NCBI GenBank assembly: GCA_938091905.1 | Contig: CALKOM010000073.1 | Span: forward strand, 1-55,605 | Source of the DNA: an uncultured Verrucomicrobiales bacterium | GTDB taxonomy: Bacteria > Verrucomicrobiota > Verrucomicrobiia > Verrucomicrobiales > DEV007 | Reading direction: 5' to 3' | DNA: 55,605 nt | Shown: positions 28,444-37,985 of the stretch, in pieces | Layout: each line of letters starts with the position of its first letter | Position numbering within the stretch: the stretch's first letter is position 1 | Position numbers and translations under genes: made by a program | Notes under the pieces: model-generated | What the model saw: the letters and a program-made list of their open reading frames with translations, nothing else | The model's database searches: none | What the model was told of the DNA's origin: nothing

Positions 28444-29676
28444 CTATCGGCCGTCTGAATCCAAGGCGACAGCTTCTAGCAATTGATCTCCAAAGTCAGG
28501 CAAAGCAGAGAAGACGCGGTTCCAGTTAGGGATCTCAGGATGATGATATTGATTTCCGAGAAACTCATTGTCAGCTAAGTCAAGAGCTCGCTCGAAAGCC
28601 TCAATCGCGGCAGCCTCTTCATGGCGGTAGTAGGTGAGGCCATTGACGACGGAGTCGTCGTGGAAACGCTGGATCGTGTCCTTAGCTGTTTTCACATAGG
28701 TCAGCCGGATCGTTCGTAAGGTGGTGTCATCAAGACGCACGCCGTCAGCCGTGAGATTCGAGTATAGCGTCAGCACAATCTCTTTGGCCATCTTCATAAG
28801 CCCTTTCTCTGGCGACGGTTCTGTGCCCTCAGTCTTCGTCTCCAGATGCTGATGCTTGTGCTCAAAATTCATCCCGAGGTCGACCTGACAAACCTGGCGA
28901 AGCGTGGTGTTGTGATAGATTTCACACAACATGCCAACCTCCAACCCCCAGTTGCCGGGGAGACGGAGTACACTAGCCAAATTCACATTCATGGCAAACT
29001 CACCAGAAAGCAGGTAGCGGAAGCTATCGAGAAATTCGAGCAACGGAAGAGGCCCTAGCACCTTCATCATTGCTCGAATGAGCGGCCCCATGAATAGACG
29101 GGTGACGCGGCCATACATGCGATCAGAGACACGCCCGTAGTAACTCTTGCAGAAACTATAACCAATGCTTGGCGTGGCCGCCGGCATGCAAAGGCGCAGG
29201 AGCATTTCCCGGTGATAGGAAATGATATCCGTATCGTGCGTCGCAATGATACTGGTGCCTCCTCGGGCGATCGTATGCCCGATGGCCATCCATACATTGT
29301 AACCTTTGCCTGGTGTGTACGACGTCAGCGAATTCTTCTCGAGCTGCCAGTAGAGTTCATTCAATCGAGGCCCATCGTTCCAAATAATCTGGTGATTCTG
29401 CGGCAACTCCGAGAAGAACTCCCGTGCATGGGCAAGCTCTTCTGCCGACATGCGATTCATACTGATGACCACGTTGTTTACGTAATCCACCTGCTTCAAT
29501 TCATCGACAATACTCTTTAAGGCGGGGCGCTTGACCTCCGCATACAATGCAGGCAACACGAGTGTGATCGGACGGCGATTTGTGTGCCCGGCCAGTTTCT
29601 TAGACTGCGCCTCGATGTCGAGTTCACGGAGATGATGTAGCGTAGTGAGTAGCCGATGCTGATAAAAGTCTGCCAT
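28444..29676 (-). CDS. Glucosyl-3-phosphoglycerate synthase-like glycosyltransferase
   Basis: N-terminus MADFYQ..LTTLH, GKGYNVW, HDTDI, YGRVTRL, WGLEVGML and FEHKHQ, characteristic of GpgS-like GT-A enzymes. ATG at 29676 preferred. Confidence 0.82.
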   Translation of the reverse strand: MADFYQHRLLTTLHHLRELDIEAQSKKLAGHTNRRPITLVLPALYAEVKRPALKSIVDELKQVDYVNNVVISMNRMSAEELAHAREFFSELPQNHQIIWNDGPRLNELYWQLEKNSLTSYTPGKGYNVWMAIGHTIARGGTSIIATHDTDIISYHREMLLRLCMPAATPSIGYSFCKSYYGRVSDRMYGRVTRLFMGPLIRAMMKVLGPLPLLEFLDSFRYLLSGEFAMNVNLASVLRLPGNWGLEVGMLCEIYHNTTLRQVCQVDLGMNFEHKHQHLETKTEGTEPSPEKGLMKMAKEIVLTLYSNLTADGVRLDDTTLRTIRLTYVKTAKDTIQRFHDDSVVNGLTYYRHEEAAAIEAFERALDLADNEFLGNQYHHPEIPNWNRVFSALPDFGDQLLEAVALDSDGR

Positions 29677-29758
29677 GAGGTGACATAGCAGAACTCTGCG
29701 TGCTTGGCGACCAGCGTTGTCCCACTTGCGCTTCGGCCGAGGCTTGGCACTCTCCTCT

Positions 29759-30169
29759 ATGCTAAGAAAGTGCGTCATCGCTATCACTCTGATCTCAGCG
29801 GTGATCTTGTTCTGTTCGCTTGCATTCTACTTTCTATACTGGCCGAAAGTACAACAAAGAAATGCAGCGCTCATTGCACATATTCTCGAGGAAAGTGCCG
29901 TCTCTTACAAGAAAGACTACGATGCCTACCCAACTGGATCGGCTACAGAAATCATCGCCTCACTTTTAGGGAAAAATACGAGAAACAAATCTTACCTGAG
30001 GCCAGAATTCCAATCCTTTCTGGATGACAACGGTTATGTTAGCGATAGTTGGAATCGCCCCTTCCGGTTTGACAGTCAGTCTGATGGCAGTTTTAAGCTA
30101 CGGTCGGCTGGTCCCAATGGCGTTTTTGACGACGACGACGATCTGACCAGCGCCAACGCTCAAGAGTAA
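29759..30169 (+). CDS. GspG-like (type II secretion pseudopilin C-terminal domain) protein
   Basis: N-terminal TM, Y..DYDAYP, DSWNRPF and LRSAGPNG...DDD. No prepilin cleavage motif visible. Confidence 0.7.
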   Translation: MLRKCVIAITLISAVILFCSLAFYFLYWPKVQQRNAALIAHILEESAVSYKKDYDAYPTGSATEIIASLLGKNTRNKSYLRPEFQSFLDDNGYVSDSWNRPFRFDSQSDGSFKLRSAGPNGVFDDDDDLTSANAQE

Positions 30170-30204
30170 GCCCGCCCCTTCTTCCCTCCAGCCTGTTTCC
30201 AACT

Positions 30205-30999
30205 ATGCAAGCCTATCACCGTCTCCTCCAACGTGTTCTCGATGAAGGAAAGTTTCGCGACGACCGTACTGGGACAGGAACATACTCAGTCTTTGGGGCT
30301 CAAGAACGGTTCGATCTCCGTGAGGGATTTCCTGTCCTAACGACTAAAAAGCTCCATCTGCGGTCCATCATTCACGAACTTCTCTGGTTCCTTAAGGGCG
30401 ATCCCAACATCGCCTATCTTAAGGAATACAAAGTTCGGATCTGGGATGAGTGGGCAGACGCTGATGGCAACCTGGGTCCAGTTTACGGCAAACAGTGGCG
30501 CTCTTGGGAAGGCGCTGGAGGCAAGACGATCGATCAAATTGCCCAAGTCGTCGATTCACTTAAAAACGCTCCTCACAGCCGACGGCATATTGTGAGCGCT
30601 TGGAACGTGGCTGATATAGACGAGATGGCCTTGCCTCCCTGCCATCTTCTCTTTCAATTCTATGTCTGCGATGGCGAACTTAGCTGCCAACTGTATCAGC
30701 GAAGTGCCGATCTCTTCCTTGGTGTACCTTTCAATATCGCCTCTTACGCACTTCTGACATTAATGATGGCCCAAGTCGCCGGGCTAAAGCCGGGCGACTT
30801 TGTGCACACTTTCGGGGACCTACATCTCTATAAGAATCATATCGATCAGGCCAAACTTCAACTCTCCCGCAAACTACGCGCATCGCCCACCATGACGCTA
30901 AATCCCATGGTCGATAAAATTGATGGCTTCACTTTCGAAGATTTCACACTCGATGGCTATGATCCCCATCCGCATATCAAGGCAGAGGTCTCGGTTTAG
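30205..30999 (+). CDS. thyA: Thymidylate synthase
   Basis: [24 protein letters not shown] and [14 protein letters not shown]; 264 aa. Confidence 0.98.
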   Translation: MQAYHRLLQRVLDEGKFRDDRTGTGTYSVFGAQERFDLREGFPVLTTKKLHLRSIIHELLWFLKGDPNIAYLKEYKVRIWDEWADADGNLGPVYGKQWRSWEGAGGKTIDQIAQVVDSLKNAPHSRRHIVSAWNVADIDEMALPPCHLLFQFYVCDGELSCQLYQRSADLFLGVPFNIASYALLTLMMAQVAGLKPGDFVHTFGDLHLYKNHIDQAKLQLSRKLRASPTMTLNPMVDKIDGFTFEDFTLDGYDPHPHIKAEVSV

Positions 31000-31018
31000 C
31001 CTTCAGCCTATCACCCAT

Positions 31019-31055
31019 AAAAAACGCCCCACCCTGCAAAAAGGAATGGAGCGTT
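31019..31055 (-). terminator. Rho-independent terminator (for the 31080-31679 gene, possibly bidirectional)
   Basis: The minus-strand RNA AACGCUCCAUUCCU...AGGGUGGGGCGUU forms a stem followed by a U tract, between convergent genes. Confidence 0.65.
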
Positions 31056-31079
31056 ATTAAATTGTATTAGGAAAGGATG

Positions 31080-31679
31080 CTACTTCAGGAAGTAACGGCG
31101 GTCACGCTTCTCACCGACTTTCTTAAAGTCAGATGCTTCATTCAGAATACTCAATACTGAGACGTAGGGGAAACCGAGTTCTTTGGCCACCCGACGAGCG
31201 GACACACCTTCTTTGCCAGCTTTCTTTACGTGGGCTTTCACAGAACCGATACGCTCAGCTTTGTTGCCACGAGTGCGCTTCTTCTTTACCGCACCTTTAG
31301 TCGTTGGCTTTGCGGCACCTCTAGTCGTTGGCTTTGCGTCAGGTTTTGTCGTCGCTGCTTTCTTCTTGCCAGAACCAGGAGGACGACCACGACGCTTGCT
31401 CGTTGCTTTCGTCTTGCCAGCACCAGGAGGACGACCACGGCGCTTGCTTGTTGCTTTCTTTTCAGCAGACTTTCTGGTCGTCGAAGCTTTCGCTCCACCG
31501 ACAGGTGACGATGCCACATAAACACCAATGAAGGACTCAATTTCGCTTACGCGGCTTTCAGCGTTAGCAAGCTCTGCAGCGAGAAGAGCACTACGCTCTC
31601 TTTCGAGTTCTAGGATTAGCGTATTCAACTCGGCTAAGCGAGTGTCGGCATCGGAGAGGGAACTAATGGGTTTGGCCAT
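31080..31679 (-). CDS. Basic nucleoid-associated protein candidate: coiled coil + two AT-hooks + winged-helix-like C-terminus
   Basis: N-terminal amphipathic helix, two KRRGRPPG motifs, K/A/T/P-rich linker and C-terminal SARRVAKELGFPYVSVLSIL...RRYFL. Confidence 0.8.
   Translation of the reverse strand: MAKPISSLSDADTRLAELNTLILELERERSALLAAELANAESRVSEIESFIGVYVASSPVGGAKASTTRKSAEKKATSKRRGRPPGAGKTKATSKRRGRPPGSGKKKAATTKPDAKPTTRGAAKPTTKGAVKKKRTRGNKAERIGSVKAHVKKAGKEGVSARRVAKELGFPYVSVLSILNEASDFKKVGEKRDRRYFLK
31364..31458. repeat. 48-bp tandem duplication encoding the two AT-hooks
   Basis: Near-identical units start at 31364 and 31412 and encode KATSKRRGRPPG(A/S)GK. Confidence 0.9.
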
Positions 31680-31763
31680 GACGGTGCTCTAGGTGAGAAA
31701 TATACGAATTTCAAATTAAGAATTCATTTCTCACAAACTCTAAGAACAACAATTAGGCACCCG

Positions 31764-32702
31764 TTAGCTACTCACAGAGACTTGGAAATGATCCCATCCG
31801 CCCTGATCCAACTCAGATCCCATCGATTGATCTTTAGGGCATAGCCAACCGATATTGGTCAACGGCAGTGTAGGAAAGGTTTTTAACCATTCCCCTTTCA
31901 TCGCCTCGGCACGCTCAGGTGCCACGGTGAACATGAGTTCATAGTCTTCTCCATCATTTAATGCTTGGCGGAGTTCACACCCGGGCGACCGAGGAATCCG
32001 CTGGTAGACCATTTGATATCCAAGACAACTCTGCTTTGCGAGACGCGGCAGGTCTTTGGCCACACCATCACTTAGGTCCATCATCGCTGAGGGCTTATAA
32101 TGTTCACTGAGCCAGCGAGCTTCCCAAACGCGAGGTAGGAATTGGAGATGCTTTCCCTTTAAAGAACCTCCAAGTGAACCAGTGACATAAATGTGATCTC
32201 CTTCGCGCCCGCCCGATCGCATAACACAACGACCTTTTTCCACCAAACCAAGTAAAGAGACCGATATCATCGCCGTGCGCCCCGTGGACGTCGCGGGCCG
32301 GGCCGTTTCTCCACCAACAACAGACACGCCAAATTCACGGGCAAGCCCCGAAAGCCCAGTATAAATCGACTTCGCATAGCCAAGTTGATAATTAGGGGAA
32401 AGCACCAAGGTCACCACCGCTTGCGTTGGCCAACCTCCCATCGCAGCAATATCGCTGATGGCTCTCGCAAGAGCTTTGCGACCGACAAGTTCTGGTTCTG
32501 TATCCGGGAAATAATGCACTCCCTGGACAAGGCAGTCAGTCTTGAACAATTGATAATAGCCTGTGCGCCCATATTCCAGAACAGCACAGTCATCGCCCGC
32601 GCCCATGACAACCGATCCATCCTTAGGAAGATCCCGAGTGAGTTCTCGTACCACCACATCTTCTCCAAGATCTGATAAACGCTGGGAGGACGGACTCTTC
32701 AA
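31764..32702 (-). CDS. thiL: Thiamine-monophosphate kinase
   Basis: GDDCAV, KTDCLVQGVH, SDIAAMGG, GGET, MDLSDG and GEDYEL. Confidence 0.94.
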   Translation of the reverse strand: MKSPSSQRLSDLGEDVVVRELTRDLPKDGSVVMGAGDDCAVLEYGRTGYYQLFKTDCLVQGVHYFPDTEPELVGRKALARAISDIAAMGGWPTQAVVTLVLSPNYQLGYAKSIYTGLSGLAREFGVSVVGGETARPATSTGRTAMISVSLLGLVEKGRCVMRSGGREGDHIYVTGSLGGSLKGKHLQFLPRVWEARWLSEHYKPSAMMDLSDGVAKDLPRLAKQSCLGYQMVYQRIPRSPGCELRQALNDGEDYELMFTVAPERAEAMKGEWLKTFPTLPLTNIGWLCPKDQSMGSELDQGGWDHFQVSVSS

Positions 32703-32748
32703 AACGGGAAAAGACTAGCTGGTCGAACCTTCATTCCAAAGGGAAAAA

Positions 32749-33579
32749 TTACCCAGTAGATGAAGCGACCAGCATGCCCACTACGTTGACCAAATTAAAC
32801 AGCATGTGAATCAGAATGGGCACCCAAAGACTCCCTGAGAGCTCGTAGGCTAGCACGAGAAAGATAGCCAAGGTCACGATGGGAAGAAGTGTGATCACCC
32901 CCGCGTGAGCCACCGTGAAGATGAGGCACGAGAAGAGCGTCGCAAAGAAGCGGTCCGAGTATTTCTTCGTGACTCCATAGAGATATCCGCGGTAAACGAG
33001 TTCCTCAAAAATAGGGGTTACAACTACAACACCCACAATCGTAACGATCTTAAAAGTGGGATCATCGCTGTTGATGAACGCTTCCACCACCGGTTGAGCA
33101 GGCACTTCACCGAGGAATTGCGTCAGCTGCTGTTTCGCAACTGCTCCAACAGCCATGACCAGCGGAACAGCAAGAACTCCAACCACGCCTCCCCAAATGA
33201 GCGTCGCTTGGAGATTGAGTCGTGTTAACCCGAAGGTCTCAAGAAGATCCACCCGTCGCACCATGAGCCAATAGATGAAGAAGCTCGCCAACATCACCTT
33301 CAACAGAATGTCAACGAGCATGTGCACCGCCTCGATGGTGACGGCCTCGGAATTAGGCTTGGTCCCAAGCATCAAGACCCCTTGTAAAACGAGGAAATAT
33401 GCCAACATCACACCAAGATCAAAGCCATTGAACGAACGAGTCGAGACATTGCCATGCTCATGCCAGCGGATCAACGGATCCCGCTGACGAAGGAAGGCGT
33501 AGAGTGGAATTGCGACGCCAAAGGCAATCCAACTGAACCACCAAAGATCCAATTGAAGACGTGTAGAGATGGCATCCAT
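32749..33579 (-). CDS. CPBP (CAAX/Abi) intramembrane glutamic protease
   Basis: FEELVYRG, F..AH and HMLFN motifs with multiple TMs. Confidence 0.9.
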   Translation of the reverse strand: MDAISTRLQLDLWWFSWIAFGVAIPLYAFLRQRDPLIRWHEHGNVSTRSFNGFDLGVMLAYFLVLQGVLMLGTKPNSEAVTIEAVHMLVDILLKVMLASFFIYWLMVRRVDLLETFGLTRLNLQATLIWGGVVGVLAVPLVMAVGAVAKQQLTQFLGEVPAQPVVEAFINSDDPTFKIVTIVGVVVVTPIFEELVYRGYLYGVTKKYSDRFFATLFSCLIFTVAHAGVITLLPIVTLAIFLVLAYELSGSLWVPILIHMLFNLVNVVGMLVASSTG

Positions 33580-33588
33580 AGACTCCTG

Positions 33589-34599
33589 CTAGAGGGCAAA
33601 GTGGGCAGGCAGAAGATACACCGCGCCTGGCTGGAGTTTAGGGAACGGGGCGTCTCCCAGGCTCAGCTCAACACGCGTCGGTTTACCCGCTTCGGTAGAA
33701 GCACTGCCCAACACGCCGAGCAATTGACCCAAGCCCAACTCACCTCCGTACTTCACCACTCTCCCGTTCGGAGCATTTCCGAGTTCACGCGCTTTCTTGT
33801 AGGCTGCTTCGATGTAACCAGTCTCATCGATGAGGCCATCTGAGAGCGCTTGTTTTCCTGTGATCACGCGCCCATCTGCAATTCCAGACTTCAGGATTTC
33901 CACTGGAATCGAACGCGCCTCTGCCACAATGCCAAGAAAGCGCGTGTACATTTCATCCACCATGCCCTGCACATAGACACGCTCTTCAGGCCGCATGTCC
34001 CGCGATGGACTAAGCATGTCTTTGAATTTGCCGCTGGTGAAGACGACCGAGTTCAAGCCGACTTTGCCAAACATCTCCTTGTAGTTCAGTGCCTGGATGA
34101 TCACCCCGATACTTCCCGTTAACGTCGTTTCATTCGCCATCAGATGAGTGCCTCCACAAGCAATATAATAGCCGCCCGAAGCTGCCATGCTATCCATGTA
34201 AATCACCACAGGCTTCTTGGACGCCGCAGTCTTCACCGCGTGATACAAGGCATCAGAAGCAGTGACCTCGCCTCCGGGTGAATTGATCCGTACCACCATC
34301 GCTTTCACGTTCGGGTCTGCCACCGCTGCCTCTAACATCCGCTTCGTCTGGATGAGGCTGGAACCAGGAACAAACGGGCTACCACCCATGCTCGAAATCA
34401 TGCCTTCAATGTCAATGTGCACGATCTTGGCATCACGACTCCCCGCGTAGAGCTCGATCTCACGGAAGTTCCCAGGTGCCCGAGCCGCACTCATTCCTCG
34501 GAAAGGCGCCGACACTACCAACGCGAAATTCATCAGGACACTGGCCCCCAAGAGGAAGATCAGCAATAATGACAGGATAACCAGGGTTCGCTTACTCAT
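33589..34599 (-). CDS. sppA: Signal peptide peptidase SppA (short form)
   Basis: RINSPGG, AASGGYY, TGSIGV and SGKFKD. Confidence 0.93.
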   Translation of the reverse strand: MSKRTLVILSLLLIFLLGASVLMNFALVVSAPFRGMSAARAPGNFREIELYAGSRDAKIVHIDIEGMISSMGGSPFVPGSSLIQTKRMLEAAVADPNVKAMVVRINSPGGEVTASDALYHAVKTAASKKPVVIYMDSMAASGGYYIACGGTHLMANETTLTGSIGVIIQALNYKEMFGKVGLNSVVFTSGKFKDMLSPSRDMRPEERVYVQGMVDEMYTRFLGIVAEARSIPVEILKSGIADGRVITGKQALSDGLIDETGYIEAAYKKARELGNAPNGRVVKYGGELGLGQLLGVLGSASTEAGKPTRVELSLGDAPFPKLQPGAVYLLPAHFAL

Positions 34600-34645
34600 G
34601 AATTAAGATCCTCTAGCCGTTTGGCGTGAGCGACAAGGCGATTCA

Positions 34646-35140
34646 TCAATCCCAGGCACCCCATTCCTCTGGCAGCTCTCCCCCCTCGTAACAGCGCGCC
34701 TTGATCTCGTTGAGAATCTTCTGATACTTTCGGCTCTTTAGCCGCGTCATCTTCCGGGCCTCCTCCAAGTGCTCACCTGGACGGATGACAATGAAAGGTT
34801 GGCAATCAACCTCATGCGAGTCTCCCAGTTCTCGGATCCGCAGCGCCAACCGGACGGCCACCTCCTGATCCGAAGAGAAGCCGCCTCCCCAGGCCAAGAA
34901 TTCCATCGTCGAACTAGGCCGTTCATATAGGTAGTTGTTCCCACGATTAGCAGAGAATCGGAAATCATGGTTCATCAGCACTTCATTGCAGGCAGTCACC
35001 ACCTGCTCGCGATAAACCCCCTCAATGGTGACCCTAGGCATGTTCCCCGACTTCTGCATGTCGAGCGACAAGGACTGACACTGTGTCAACAACGCTATTA
35101 ATACTAAGAGAAGACTGAATCTGCTGTATTTCCCGAGCAT
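34646..35140 (-). CDS. Hypothetical lipoprotein
   Basis: Signal peptide ending LTQC; co-oriented upstream of sppA. Confidence 0.65.
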   Translation of the reverse strand: MLGKYSRFSLLLVLIALLTQCQSLSLDMQKSGNMPRVTIEGVYREQVVTACNEVLMNHDFRFSANRGNNYLYERPSSTMEFLAWGGGFSSDQEVAVRLALRIRELGDSHEVDCQPFIVIRPGEHLEEARKMTRLKSRKYQKILNEIKARCYEGGELPEEWGAWD

Positions 35141-36232
35141 ATGGCCCGATTCTTAAGGCGTCTTAGCACAAATACCACCCGAAAAACGATCCGATTGAGA
35201 CTCTCCAAACAGCCCGCTAAGCGGATTCGGCTCCTCAAAGAGGGCTTCTGGGAAGAGACCGCAATCTACGAGCGGCCAGATGGTCGGCACATTGTCCGCA
35301 AAGCCAGTAAACCAACCGACCAACCAGGTCCGTGGGCACTTGAGACACTACGACGGGAGATTCTCTACCTCGTGAATCTCCCACCATCAGCAACCGAACT
35401 CTTTCCTCCCCTCCTCGACGCTTGGGGCCATAATGAAGGCAACGAGAGCAACGACATCGGCTACGAAATTCCCTACTTTCAGGACCATGTCAGCGTCTCC
35501 GAACGAATCGCCTCCTCCCCGCCTAGCCAACAGGAAGCAGCGGCTTTTCAAGATGCTCTCGGCATCGCCCTGTTTGATCGACTCCACGTTCCAACACCAG
35601 CTCAGGAGTCTATTTCTGAACATGTAGACAGCACGATTAGCGACGCGATCGAGAAACTCAGCCGCCTGGATGCCTTTCATCCAGTCATCGAAAGAGACTC
35701 CATTCACATCAATCATCGTGAAGTGCCCGGCCTCAGAAGGCTTTGGACCGGCGTCTCCTCGAAAGACCTCGACGCCTTGCCCTGCGTCCTCCTTCACGGC
35801 GATCTTATCCTGGAGAACATACTCTGCTCCTCCAAAGACAATCAGTGGTGGAAAGACCTCGTCCTCATCGATCCCGTCTCCGTAGCCGGGATCTTCCGTG
35901 GCCCAGCACTTTTCGACCTCGTGAAATACGAGTCCTATGCAACCGGAGAACTCATCGCCATCCGCTCAGAGCAGTGCGAAGCAAATGAGGCGGCACGAGG
36001 AAGCTACCAATTCACGTGGAAGCCTACACTACCTTACACCGACGGCAAGTGGCACGCTTACCTGCGCCAGCGCTATGAGTCGATCTACGGCCCCCTGAAC
36101 CCAGCACTCTACTCGCGACTGGAAGCCTATTTTTCGCTTGTCATGGCCGTGAACACAAAAGGAACCCAACAATGGGCGCGCGTTCTCAAAGGCACCCTCG
36201 CCTTAGCAGAGTCACTTCACGTCGCCACCTAA
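35141..36232 (+). CDS. Aminoglycoside/choline-kinase-like phosphotransferase
   Basis: VRK, REI, LHGDLILENIL (catalytic loop) and LIDP. The true start is probably downstream because the ORF abuts the divergent gene with no gap. Confidence 0.78.
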   Translation: MARFLRRLSTNTTRKTIRLRLSKQPAKRIRLLKEGFWEETAIYERPDGRHIVRKASKPTDQPGPWALETLRREILYLVNLPPSATELFPPLLDAWGHNEGNESNDIGYEIPYFQDHVSVSERIASSPPSQQEAAAFQDALGIALFDRLHVPTPAQESISEHVDSTISDAIEKLSRLDAFHPVIERDSIHINHREVPGLRRLWTGVSSKDLDALPCVLLHGDLILENILCSSKDNQWWKDLVLIDPVSVAGIFRGPALFDLVKYESYATGELIAIRSEQCEANEAARGSYQFTWKPTLPYTDGKWHAYLRQRYESIYGPLNPALYSRLEAYFSLVMAVNTKGTQQWARVLKGTLALAESLHVAT

Positions 36233-36472
36233 CGCTTTATCCACATCGAGTACGTGTTCCCAGGGCACGCGTTTGCGCTGGTATTTGCGCCACAAGACAT
36301 CTCGAAAGCTGCGCAAATCAGCTTCACTCGGAGGCTCCAAATTTTCCCAGAACTCCTCGTTCTCCATCCGCGCACTGAGACGCCAGACACCGCGATCTCG
36401 AAACGCTCGCAGGAAACGAGTCTCCCCTTCACCTTTCGACTCCTTCCAATTGTGTTCGGTGCGTTTGGGCAT
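36212..36472 (-). CDS. Small conserved-looking hypothetical protein
   Basis: 86 aa with an ATG start, W-rich, motif LWRKYQRKRVPW. Fills the gap between two real genes. Confidence 0.65.
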   Translation of the reverse strand: MPKRTEHNWKESKGEGETRFLRAFRDRGVWRLSARMENEEFWENLEPPSEADLRSFRDVLWRKYQRKRVPWEHVLDVDKALGGDVK

Positions 36473-36581
36473 GCAGGCTCAGTCAGTATAAAATGCTTGA
36501 TCTTGGATGGATTCCACCCGTTCTATAGCCATCTCTGCGAGGATCGCGGGAGAATCAAGTATCAACCAATCTAGCATCAAC

Positions 36582-37025
36582 ATGAGTAAAGTAGTCCCTA
36601 CCATCAGTTCTGGCGTCGCAGGTCCTCTCGGCGTTCTTCATCTTCCACGCCTCTGGCAAAAAGCTTCCCTCGGCGCCGTGAACAATCTTCATGACGACTA
36701 TCCTGCTTGTGGCCAAGGCTACGATCAGATGGTCCTTGATGGCCTCGGTGTCGACCGCGAAGAGTTCCTCAACTACATCAAAGATTCCAAGCCAACCTAC
36801 CCACAAGCAGAGGCATGGATCCTCGAGAAAAAAGGCGGCTCGCTCGATACAGCTGCTGTTAAAACGCTCAACGACAGCATCGCCGGCTACATCCACGACG
36901 ACGCCACGCGCAAAGAGATTCTCGATGCCTCAGGCATCGTGGACGAAGGCAAGATCAAGGACGCCGTGAATCTGAACAATCTCGACGATTGGCAGATTTT
37001 CCACGCCCAAGAGATCGCAGGGTAA
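36582..37025 (+). CDS. DUF5069-like protein
   Basis: GPLGVLHLPRLWQK, DYPACG..YDQMVLDGLG and NLDDW; followed by a terminator. Confidence 0.72.
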   Translation: MSKVVPTISSGVAGPLGVLHLPRLWQKASLGAVNNLHDDYPACGQGYDQMVLDGLGVDREEFLNYIKDSKPTYPQAEAWILEKKGGSLDTAAVKTLNDSIAGYIHDDATRKEILDASGIVDEGKIKDAVNLNNLDDWQIFHAQEIAG

Positions 37026-37047
37026 AGCGCCTCACATTGATTTTCGA

Positions 37048-37084
37048 GAAAGCCCGGGTTGCCTAGCGCAGCGCGGGCTTTTCT
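37048..37084 (+). terminator. Rho-independent terminator
   Basis: AAAGCCCG...CGGGCTTTT hairpin about 25 bp after the 37025 stop. Confidence 0.75.
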
Positions 37085-37114
37085 CTGCCCTCATGCCATG
37101 CTAATGCTGCCTCC

Positions 37115-37951
37115 ATGACACTGCCTAGCCACATTCGCATTGGCCTCCTTATCGGCTTGAGCCTCTGCTGCCTTCAGTGCGTCGCTCCCTCTAGGCCTGG
37201 TCCTCAGGCAAGTCCTGCACCGCAAACGTCTATCCAGGTGTCTCAGGTAGATGCCGAGCGCATCGGCAAGAAGATATGGCAGAACGAAGCTGCTGGAACC
37301 ATCTCTGGCCTGACGTCCTGGAACAAAAATGAAGCCTTCTCTTCCATGGGAATTGGCCATTTCATCTGGTATCCGGCCGGTGGCCGCCAGACCTACGAAG
37401 AAAGCTTTCGTCCACTCATGGGCTTTCTCGTTTCCCGCGGCGTGCCCCTCCCAACTGGCCTAAATCCGCGAAGCCCCTGCCCTTGGCCTAACCGCTCAGC
37501 CTTTATCAACGCTTCAGACAGTCCAAAGATGCGTGCTTTGAGGCAGATGTTGAGCCAAACCGTCGGCCTTCAGACCGAGTTTATCATCAATCGCATGCAC
37601 GCGGCTCTACCCAAAATCCTTCGCGCGGCATCACCTGCTGATCAACAGAGAATTGAAGCCAATTTTTACGCAATGAGCGAGACAACAAACGGCCTTTATG
37701 CCCTCATCGATTACGTCAATTTTAAGGGCGAAGGCGTTAATCCCAAGGAGCGTTACAAGGGCCAAGGCTGGGGAATGCTGCAGGTGCTCCAAGGGATGCA
37801 AGGACGCCCCATCGACCAAGCGGCGACCAGGGAATATGCCGCCTCCGCGAAACGGGTCCTCGGCCGGAGAATTGCCAATGCCCCGAAGAAAGAAAGCCAA
37901 TGGCGAGCCGGCTGGTTCAAGAGATGCGATAGCTACGCCCAACCGTGGTAA
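37115..37951 (+). CDS. Exported (lipo)protein with lysozyme-like motifs
   Basis: Signal peptide with Cys. NE...SMGIGHF and YALIDYVNFKGEG resemble T4-lysozyme motifs. Confidence 0.7.
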   Translation: MTLPSHIRIGLLIGLSLCCLQCVAPSRPGPQASPAPQTSIQVSQVDAERIGKKIWQNEAAGTISGLTSWNKNEAFSSMGIGHFIWYPAGGRQTYEESFRPLMGFLVSRGVPLPTGLNPRSPCPWPNRSAFINASDSPKMRALRQMLSQTVGLQTEFIINRMHAALPKILRAASPADQQRIEANFYAMSETTNGLYALIDYVNFKGEGVNPKERYKGQGWGMLQVLQGMQGRPIDQAATREYAASAKRVLGRRIANAPKKESQWRAGWFKRCDSYAQPW

Positions 37952-37985
37952 AGCTCCACAAGCGATTGGCAGCCTCGCCGGTGCT

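Noticed and set aside
30205..31079. thyA without an adjacent folA
   Set aside because: Unlinked thyA and folA are common, so this is not informative from one window.
31280..31460. Short repeats as a CRISPR array
   Set aside because: They are in-frame coding repeats without unique spacers, and there are no cas genes in the window.
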